From Alistipes sp. (GTDB taxonomy: Bacteria; Bacteroidota; Bacteroidia; Bacteroidales; Rikenellaceae), in assembly GCA_017624955.1 (NCBI GenBank), contig JAGAMA010000042.1:30318-94317 (forward strand): DNA of 64,000 bases, written 5' to 3'. The notes below the pieces were generated by a model that saw only the letters and a program-made list of their open reading frames with translations, was not told where the DNA came from and ran no database searches. This document shows positions 8,547 through 14,921 of this stretch, piece by piece; position 1 is the first letter of the stretch; each line of letters starts with the position of its first letter. A program made the position numbers and the translations under genes.

Positions 8547-8584
8547 CAATTCTTAATTTTTAATTTTTAATTCTTAATTTTTCT
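8547..8584 (+). repeat. AT-rich TTAA-repeat tract, part of the promoter cassette
   Basis: caattcttaatttttaatttttaattcttaattttt. Confidence 0.8.
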
Positions 8585-8587
8585 TTT

Positions 8588-8595
8588 TATATTTG
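8588..8595 (+). promoter_or_regulatory. -7 box (TATATTTG) for the corrinoid operon
   Basis: Exact TAnnTTTG match 42 nt upstream of ATG 8637, preceded by a TTAA-repeat tract. Confidence 0.5.
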
Positions 8596-8636
8596 TATGA
8601 TTAAACCGCTAACAACAACAATAAACCAATAACACT

Positions 8637-9308
8637 ATGAACGAAATTCTTGAAAAACTCTTTACCTGCATCGAATTTGGAAAGATCAACACCGCATCGC
8701 CCTATCCGCCGCAGATGCGCGGCCAGGAGGGTGCCATGGAGCTCACGAAGCAGGCACTCGATGCCGGCATCGCCCCCTCGGAGATTATGGATTCGGCGCT
8801 GATTCCCGCCATGACGCGCGTGGGTCAGAAGTTTACCGAAGGTCAGGTCTTCGTGCCGCAGATGTTGCTCTCGGCCAAGGCAATGAATGCCGCCCTGACC
8901 CATATCAAGCCCTTCTTCCAGTCGGGTGAGGTGCAGCGCAAGGGTACCTTCATTATCGGTACGGTGTTCGGTGACCTGCACGACATCGGCAAGAACCTCG
9001 TCTGCATGATGGTCGAGGGTGCCGGTTGGGAGGTGGTGGACCTCGGCGTAGATGCTTCGGCCGAGAAGTTCCTCGCAGCCCTCGAAGAGCACCCGGGTGC
9101 CCACGTTGGTCTTTCGGCCCTGCTGACGACGACGATGACCAACATGAAGACCATCATCGACAAGGTGCACGAGACGCACCCCGAGGTGAAGTTTATCGTG
9201 GGTGGCGCTCCCGTGTCGGCCGAGTTTGCCAAGGAGATCGGTGCTGACGGTTACGCCGCCGATCCGCAGGACGACATCAAGATTCTGGAGAGCTTCCTGA
9301 ACGCCTAA
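8637..9308 (+). CDS. corrinoid (cobalamin-binding) methyl-carrier protein, MtaC/MtbC/MetH-B12-domain-like
   Basis: 223 aa. Helical cap region ALDAGIAPSEIMDSALIPAMTRVGQKFTEGQVFVPQMLLSAKAM. DxHxxG motif GDLHDIGKN (D113-G118, nt 8973-8990). SxL (SALLTTT) and GG (IVGGAPV) motifs of the base-off/His-on B12-binding fold are also present. Confidence 0.9.
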   Translation: MNEILEKLFTCIEFGKINTASPYPPQMRGQEGAMELTKQALDAGIAPSEIMDSALIPAMTRVGQKFTEGQVFVPQMLLSAKAMNAALTHIKPFFQSGEVQRKGTFIIGTVFGDLHDIGKNLVCMMVEGAGWEVVDLGVDASAEKFLAALEEHPGAHVGLSALLTTTMTNMKTIIDKVHETHPEVKFIVGGAPVSAEFAKEIGADGYAADPQDDIKILESFLNA

Positions 9309-9329
9309 CGACTTAATATTGAACACACC

Positions 9330-10325
9330 ATGAAAAAGTGGATCGATGCGCTCATGATGAGCGAAAAGCGTGTCGCTGTGCCGATTATGACCCACCCGGG
9401 CATCGAGTACATCGGACGAACGGTGCGCGAGGCGGTGACCGACGGTGAGGTACACGCCGCTGCCATTGAGGCGCTGGCCAAGCGTTATCCCTCGGCTGCC
9501 TCGACGGTCATCATGGACCTCACGGTCGAGGCCGAGGCCTTTGGTGCCAAGATTCTGATTCCCGAGGAGGAGATTCCGACCGTCACGGAGCGCCTGGTGT
9601 CGGATGCCGCATCGGTGGAGGCGCTGCAAGTGCCTACGCTGGAGGCGGGTCGTGTGCCCGAGTACCTCAAAGCCAACCGCCTGGCCGTGGAGAAGATCAC
9701 CGACCGCCCCGTCCTGGCAGGTTGCATCGGCCCCTTCTCGTTAGCAGGTCGCCTGTACGACATGAGCGAGATTATGGTGGCCATCTACATCGAGCCCGAT
9801 GTGATCATGGCCCTCCTGGATAAGTGTACAGCCTTCCTCATCGACTACTGCAAGGCGCTGAAAGCGACGGGTGTTGCAGGTGTTGTGATGGCCGAGCCGG
9901 CTGCAGGTTTGCTCTCGGACGAGGACCACATGGTCTATGCTACGCCCTATGTGAAGCAGATCGTGGATGCCGTGCAGGACGATGATTTCACGGTCATTCT
10001 GCACAACTGCGGCAACATGGGTCAATGTACCCACGCCATGGTCGAGTGCGGTGCGCGTGCGCTCCACTTCGGCAACCTGGTCGATATTCCGCAAGCCCTC
10101 CAGGAGGTGCCCGAGGAGATGCTCGTGATGGGCAACCTCGACCCCGTGAATGTGATTCAGCAGGCTACGCCCGAGGCGGTGGAGGCCGCTACGACCGACC
10201 TGCTGGAGAAGACCGCCGGGGCGAAAAACTTCGTCATCTCGACGGGTTGCGACCTGCCCCCTGCTGTACCCGAGGCCAACATCGAGGCCTTCTTTGCGGC
10301 TGTGGATAAGTACAATGCACGATAG
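9330..10325 (+). CDS. URO-D family methyltransferase, MtaA/CmuA-like (methylcobamide-dependent), with putative Zn ligands
   Basis: 331 aa. Family-typical segments AEAFGA, MAEPAAG, ILHNCGN and ISTGCDLP. His225-x-Cys227 and Cys307 match the spacing of the His-x-Cys...Cys zinc site known from MtaA. Confidence 0.85.
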   Translation: MKKWIDALMMSEKRVAVPIMTHPGIEYIGRTVREAVTDGEVHAAAIEALAKRYPSAASTVIMDLTVEAEAFGAKILIPEEEIPTVTERLVSDAASVEALQVPTLEAGRVPEYLKANRLAVEKITDRPVLAGCIGPFSLAGRLYDMSEIMVAIYIEPDVIMALLDKCTAFLIDYCKALKATGVAGVVMAEPAAGLLSDEDHMVYATPYVKQIVDAVQDDDFTVILHNCGNMGQCTHAMVECGARALHFGNLVDIPQALQEVPEEMLVMGNLDPVNVIQQATPEAVEAATTDLLEKTAGAKNFVISTGCDLPPAVPEANIEAFFAAVDKYNAR

Positions 10326-11031
10326 GGTGGAACGCGCATTTCATACCTACCGTTTTCCCTATGGCGAGGTCTTGCCCTCGCTCGATGAGCTTGCTCGGTA
10401 TCTTCACATGGAGGAGGATACCGAGCATCCTGCTTATTGCTATATGAAAGAGCGCCTTGCGGGGCTTACATCAAGTGATTTGGAGGCTGTGGGAGGCTAT
10501 GCGATCGGCACGATCGAGGGGCTCGATTTGCAGGGCGGAACGCTTACGGTCGAGGGCACGACTTTCGAGGTTGGAGCGCAGGTTTGCGGCTACCTGAAGG
10601 AGGCCACCGAGGCGGCACTTTTCCTCTGCACGGCAGGTGCTCTGTTCTCGGACGAGGCGCATGCGCTGAACGCGCAGGGGGAGTTCCTGGAGGCCTACAT
10701 CATCGATGCCATCGGCTCACTCACGGTGGAGCGTGCGATGGATAAAATCCATAAGGCGCTGGAGGTGGAGCAGGCTGCGCGCGGGATGAAGATCACGAAC
10801 CGCTACAGCCCGGGCTATTGTAATTGGCCGCTCAAAGACCAGCGACCGTTGTTTGCCTTCGTGGGCGAGAACCCCACGGGCATCGCCCTGAGTGAATCGT
10901 GCCTCATGCACCCGATAAAATCGGTCAGTGGCGTGATCGGCATCGGCACCACGGCGCGCCGCCGCGCCTACGGCTGTGTCATCTGCCAAAACAAAACCTG
11001 CATCTACCGCCGCCTGGTGCAGAAGGGGTAA
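10315..11031 (+). CDS. methionine-synthase (MetH) activation-domain-like protein; putative corrinoid reductive reactivation factor
   Basis: The ATG at 10315 overlaps the upstream stop by 11 nt; the track ORF begins at TTG 10294. RYSPGYCNWP resembles the RxxxGY SAM-binding motif of the MetH activation domain. The C-terminal CxxCxxxxC cluster is CVICQNKTC. Confidence 0.75.
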   Translation: MHDRVERAFHTYRFPYGEVLPSLDELARYLHMEEDTEHPAYCYMKERLAGLTSSDLEAVGGYAIGTIEGLDLQGGTLTVEGTTFEVGAQVCGYLKEATEAALFLCTAGALFSDEAHALNAQGEFLEAYIIDAIGSLTVERAMDKIHKALEVEQAARGMKITNRYSPGYCNWPLKDQRPLFAFVGENPTGIALSESCLMHPIKSVSGVIGIGTTARRRAYGCVICQNKTCIYRRLVQKG

Positions 11032-11131
11032 GGGTTCAAAAATGAATTTTTTGGCGCGAAATTTTGTTAATTCCATTTTTCGCCCTATATTTGCACACCC
11101 TTTCGGAACAAAACGACCGAAAACGGGAAAC

Positions 11132-11219
11132 GGAGAGGTGGGTGAGTGGCTGAAACCACCGGTTTGCTAAACCGACGTACCTGATTAGGGTACCACGAGT
11201 TCGAATCTCGTCCTCTCCG
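11132..11219 (+). tRNA. tRNA-Ser (anticodon GCU), type II with long variable arm
   Basis: Folded by hand. Acceptor GGAGAGG/CCTCTCC; 3-bp D stem with a GG loop; anticodon loop TTGCTAA. Variable arm GTACC-tgattag-GGTAC. T arm ACGAG-TTCGAAT-CTCGT. Discriminator G; no encoded CCA. Confidence 0.9.
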
Positions 11220-11246
11220 CAAAAGGGCAAACGCCCCGGCGAACGA

Positions 11247-11270
11247 CCTCTGCTTTTGCAGAGGTTTTTT
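11247..11270 (+). terminator. Rho-independent terminator after tRNA-Ser
   Basis: CCTCTGC-tttt-GCAGAGG followed by TTTTTT. Confidence 0.75.
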
Positions 11271-11369
11271 GTTTTTAGGCGGGGATGTTTGCGAGTTTAT
11301 TCGTGTAACTTCCCGCCTAAAAACAAAAACACTCCCGTTGGGAGTAGTTCGCGTAGGGCGTTTGGCTTT

Positions 11370-11509
11370 TGCAAGGATGCCTCCGGCAGGAAAGAGAAAG
11401 GGCTCGCTTTAGCGAGGCCAATTTCGTCCTCTCCACCCTTCGATAAAGGGCATCCTTGCAAAAAGCAACCCTTTTGCGGAGAAGGACATAGACAATCCCC
11501 CTAAATCCC
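11370..11509 (+). repeat. M3 module, tandem copy 1 (~140 nt)
   Basis: tgcaaggatgcctccggcagg...gggcatccttgca...cttttgcggagaaggacatagacaatccc. Nearly identical to 11690-11819; I count two substitutions and one A-position shift. Confidence 0.85.
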
Positions 11510-11689
11510 CCTTTGATAAGGGGGACTTCAAACTTGCGGACCCCGCGGGAGCGCAGAGAAAGGCGTAGCGAAGCAGGCTTGCCTGCGCAGCAGCCAATCT
11601 CGTCCGAAGAGTCCGCTTCAACAAACCGTTGGCGGAGAGAACTCCTACAATCCACCCCAACCCCTCCTTTGATAAGGAGGGGCTTGAGA

Positions 11690-11819
11690 TGCAAGGATGC
11701 CTCCGGCAGGAAAGAGAAAGGGCTCGCTTTAGCGAGGCCAATTTCGTCCTCTCCGCCCTTCGACAAAGGGCATCCTTGCAAAAGCAAACCCTTTTGCGGA
11801 GAAGGACATAGACAATCCC
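11690..11819 (+). repeat. M3 module, tandem copy 2
   Basis: See 11370-11509. Confidence 0.85.
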
Positions 11820-11925
11820 TCCAAACCTCCCTTTACGGCGATAAATCGCCGTGACTGCTTGCGCGCCTCGGTAAAGTCTGCAAGCAGCCTCTACACTCGG
11901 CTGTTGCAGCAGTTGATAAGGAGGG
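11807..11925 (-). repeat. S2 module, long form (reverse orientation)
   Basis: Its reverse complement aligns end to end with 25917-26031. A short form in the same orientation lies at 11497-11525. Confidence 0.8.
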
Positions 11926-12004
11926 GCTTGCAATGCGGACCCCGCGGGAGCGCAGAGAAAGGCAACTAAAGGTTGCTAAGGGTTGCTAAAGGTCATCGGG
12001 CTTT

Positions 12005-12094
12005 GGGGCTGAGGCCACTGCGCCCACTGCGCCTACTGGGGCTACTGAAAAAAGTCAGTCGCCCCAGCTGCCCCAGTGGGCCCAGTAGGCCCAG
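12005..12094. repeat. hairpin built from GGCCCACTG-type units
   Basis: ggggctgaggccactgcgcccactgcgcctactggggctactg - aaaaaagt - cagtcgccccagctgccccagtgggcccagtaggcccag. A related one-armed tract lies at 8120-8157. Confidence 0.75.
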
Positions 12095-12137
12095 ACTCAT
12101 GACCCGCCGACCGTCAGCCACCTTCCAACCCCCTCTC

Positions 12138-12201
12138 GTGTCACCGCCTGTCACTATGTGTCACACCTGTCACGCCCTGTGACACGGTGACAGCGTGACA
12201 C
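12138..12201. repeat. (GTCAC)n-GCCC-(GTGAC)n hairpin, third copy of the family
   Basis: gtgtcaccgcctgtcactatgtgtcacacctgtcac-gccc-tgtgacacggtgacagcgtgacac, flanked by C/T-rich runs as in 7587-7674. Confidence 0.8.
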
Positions 12202-12209
12202 CCCCTCCC

Positions 12210-12248
12210 TTAATTTTTAATTCATAATTTTTAATTCTTAATTCTTTT
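12210..12248 (+). repeat. AT-rich TTAA-repeat tract, part of the promoter cassette
   Basis: ttaatttttaattcataatttttaattcttaattctttt. Confidence 0.8.
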
Positions 12249-12251
12249 CGC

Positions 12252-12259
12252 TATCTTTG
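12252..12259 (+). promoter_or_regulatory. -7 box (TATCTTTG) for the pectin operon
   Basis: Exact TAnnTTTG match 24 nt upstream of ATG 12283, preceded by a TTAA-repeat tract. The flanks are nearly identical to the 7409-7416 cassette. Confidence 0.5.
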
Positions 12260-12282
12260 TCTTGATTATACCTAAACCTACT

Positions 12283-13698
12283 ATGAAAACAAAACTCTTT
12301 TCGCGCGCGCTTGCGTGTGTGTGCGCCTTGTGGTGTACCTTTTCCGTGGCCGAGGCGCAGACCATGACCGATCGCCTGGCTGCCTCCGAAACCCCCTTTA
12401 CGATGCCTTTTGAAGAGGTTGTTGCCGAGGTGGAGGCGCTGTTCGATGTCAAACTCGACTGCCGTAATTTCGACCCCAAGAGCCTCACGCTCGATTTTGC
12501 CGCTTCGCGCATCCGTCCCTATTCGTTGGAGGAGACCTTGCGCAATGTCTTGATGCCCCTCGACCTGAAGTGGGAGCAAAATGGCCGCACGATTCGCGTG
12601 CAACCCTACGAGTACCACCGTCGCGTGCCTGCCGATGGCGAGAAATTGCTCGCCTGGCTCTCGGCCAAGTATAACAACCGCGCCGAGTGGGAGCAGCGTA
12701 AGGAGGAGGTAAAAAAGGATGCGCTGCGCATTCTCGACCTCGATCCCTTTGTGCGCGGTCTAAAGGCCGATCCCGATATCCGCATCGGCCAAATCACGAA
12801 GCATGACGGCTACACGACGCAGAACTTTGCCCTGGAGACCCTCCCCGGTCTTTATGCCTGTGGTACGATCTACGCACCCACGGTAAAGCTCAAGGGCAAG
12901 GCGAAGCGCCCCCTGATCATCTCGCCTGCAGGTCACTGGCCCGAGGCGCGCTACCGTGCCGACCAGCAGTATCGCATGGCCACCTTTGCCCGCATGGGTG
13001 CTGTGGCGGTCGATGTCGATATCGTAGCCTGGGGTGAGTCGGAGCATCAGCTCGGCATTGAGGCCCACCAGGCCCCCTACGCCATGCAGGTGCAGGTGCT
13101 CTGGTCGAAGGTCGTGACCGACTGGATTTTGGCCACGCGCACCGATGTCGATGTCAATCGCATGGCCGCTACGGGCGGTTCGGGCGGTGGTACGCATACG
13201 CTGATGATTGCCCTGGTGGATGGTCGTTTCTCGGTGTTGGCTCCCGTGGTGCACCTCGTGTCGCACTTCGACGGTGGTTGCCCCTGCGAGAGTGGTCGCC
13301 CCGTGGCTTTGGCCGCAGGTGGTTCGGCCATGCCCGAGTTGCTGGCTGCCGTGATGGCTCCGAAGCCCGTGCTGACGGTCTCGGACGGTGGCGACTGGAC
13401 CCACACCTATCCCACGCTTGAGCAGCCCTACCTGCACCGCATCTGGGGCTTCTACAATGCCCAGCACAACCTCCGCAATGCCCACTTCGCGGACGAGAAG
13501 CACGACTACGGCCCCAATAAGCGCATGGCCGTCTATCGCTTCTTTGCCGATGAGCTGGGTATGGACTTTACGCAGGTCGATGAGACGAAGGTGACCCTGC
13601 AGCCGCATGAGGCCCTGCAGACCTTCCGTGGCGCGCTGCCCGAGGGGGCCATCCGCTCGGCCAAAGAGTTGGAAAATCTAATCAAAACATTCAAATAA
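12283..13698 (+). CDS. secreted alpha/beta-hydrolase carbohydrate esterase (acetyl esterase-like)
   Basis: Start at ATG 12283 gives MKTKLFSRALACVCALWC, a signal peptide. ATGGSGGGTHT is a GxSxG-type nucleophile elbow. It is the first gene of the pectin operon. Confidence 0.75.
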   Translation: MKTKLFSRALACVCALWCTFSVAEAQTMTDRLAASETPFTMPFEEVVAEVEALFDVKLDCRNFDPKSLTLDFAASRIRPYSLEETLRNVLMPLDLKWEQNGRTIRVQPYEYHRRVPADGEKLLAWLSAKYNNRAEWEQRKEEVKKDALRILDLDPFVRGLKADPDIRIGQITKHDGYTTQNFALETLPGLYACGTIYAPTVKLKGKAKRPLIISPAGHWPEARYRADQQYRMATFARMGAVAVDVDIVAWGESEHQLGIEAHQAPYAMQVQVLWSKVVTDWILATRTDVDVNRMAATGGSGGGTHTLMIALVDGRFSVLAPVVHLVSHFDGGCPCESGRPVALAAGGSAMPELLAAVMAPKPVLTVSDGGDWTHTYPTLEQPYLHRIWGFYNAQHNLRNAHFADEKHDYGPNKRMAVYRFFADELGMDFTQVDETKVTLQPHEALQTFRGALPEGAIRSAKELENLIKTFK

Positions 13699-13699
13699 C

Positions 13700-14878
13700 A
13701 TGAAGAGAATCTTTCTTTTGGGCGCTCTGGTAGCGATGCTTTGCGCCTGCACCAAGACTGAGGAGCGCGTTTACCGCGTTTCGGTCGAGGGTGCCAAGAC
13801 GGATTGCCCCGTCGTAATCAGCGAAGTGCCCGCCTGGGCGCAGTCGGTTGTCGTGACAGCCGAGGGCGAGGAGATCGCCTCGCAGTTGGATAAGTGCCTC
13901 GCGGAGGCCGCCTTTGTGGCCGATATCGAGGGCTCGAAGGAGTTTACCGTAACCTTCTCGGAGAACCCCTCGACGAAGGAGTACGCCCCCCGCACCAATG
14001 CCCAGATGTGGTGGAAGACGGGCGACGAGGAGAACCCCTATGAGGAGAAAGATACCCTCTTCTCGTTCAAGGACGACATGTACCGCAAGCTGCACCACCA
14101 CGGACCGGCCATCGAGTCGGAGTGGGGTGCTTATCGCGTCTATTTCGACAAGAAGCAGACAATCGACACCTACGGCAAGAAGAAGCTCCAGCTCGAGCTG
14201 CGCCAATCGATGTGGTACTCCACGCCCGAGCAGCTGGCCGAGGGCTTTGGTCACGACAACCTGCGTGTCTTCGGCTCGATCGGTGTCGGCGTGCTGAAGG
14301 GCTGGGACGATGAGAAGAAGCAGATGATCCACATCACCGACTTCAAGCGCCGTGAGGCCCGCGTTCTGGCCAAAGGCCCCGTGCGTGCCATTATGGAGAT
14401 GGAGGTCGAGGGTTGGAACTACTGTGGTAAGGAGCTCAACATGACCTCGCGCTACACGATCTATGCCGGTCATAGCGATGTGGTGGTGGAGAACTTTATC
14501 GAGGGCGACTTCACGGGTCTGAAGTTCGTGACGGGTGTGATGAAGATGCTCGACACGAAGTCGATCAAGGAGGAGCGCGCCGTGGCACAGATCGGCTGCG
14601 ACCACCCCGAGAACGACTACGAGAAGTGGCCCAAGGAGACCGTGGCGCTGGCCGTGGCGCTGCCCGAGGAGGTGGAGATCCTCTCGGCCGAGGATGATCA
14701 GCTGAGCTACCTCTACCAGCTCACGCCCAACGCCGAGGGCGAGATTTCGTACCACTTCGACATGAATTGGCGCAAGAGCTCGTGGCTCGATGGCATGACG
14801 GATGAGGAGCTGCTGACCGATGTGCTGAAGAAGGCCAAGGCAGCTGCCGAGCCGATTGCGGTGGAGCGTGTAAAGTAA
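13700..14878 (+). CDS. lipoprotein, DUF4861-like (pectin/hexuronate-locus associated)
   Basis: Lipobox LGALVAMLCAC. It is paralogous to 32271-33398, sharing for example the (A/V)EGEEI(A/P)SQ motif in the N-terminal region. The DUF4861 assignment is from memory of that family, not a search. Confidence 0.7.
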   Translation: MKRIFLLGALVAMLCACTKTEERVYRVSVEGAKTDCPVVISEVPAWAQSVVVTAEGEEIASQLDKCLAEAAFVADIEGSKEFTVTFSENPSTKEYAPRTNAQMWWKTGDEENPYEEKDTLFSFKDDMYRKLHHHGPAIESEWGAYRVYFDKKQTIDTYGKKKLQLELRQSMWYSTPEQLAEGFGHDNLRVFGSIGVGVLKGWDDEKKQMIHITDFKRREARVLAKGPVRAIMEMEVEGWNYCGKELNMTSRYTIYAGHSDVVVENFIEGDFTGLKFVTGVMKMLDTKSIKEERAVAQIGCDHPENDYEKWPKETVALAVALPEEVEILSAEDDQLSYLYQLTPNAEGEISYHFDMNWRKSSWLDGMTDEELLTDVLKKAKAAAEPIAVERVK

Positions 14879-14921
14879 CGGAAATAACTAATAATCAAAC
14901 AAATAACAAAACAAAACTGCT

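Noticed and set aside
11256-11933. Several 60-174-aa ORFs on both strands across the tRNA-downstream repeat region.
   Set aside because: They read through near-identical tandem repeats and palindromes in multiple overlapping frames. There are no starts with promoter context and the composition is not protein-like.
12005-12030. tmRNA-like 5' end (GGGGCTGA...), with smpB nearby in the window.
   Set aside because: The sequence continues as a unit-repeat hairpin. There is no tRNA-like 3' end, tag reading frame or pseudoknot series.
7386-12282. Possible CRISPR array, because of the many short repeats.
   Set aside because: There is no constant-length direct repeat alternating with unique spacers. 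The repeat units are 6-10 nt, degenerate and arranged as palindromes. There are no cas genes.
11132-12282. Genomic island integrated at tRNA-Ser.
   Set aside because: There is no integrase, no duplicated tRNA 3' segment and no cargo genes. The 1-kb flank is entirely non-coding repeats.
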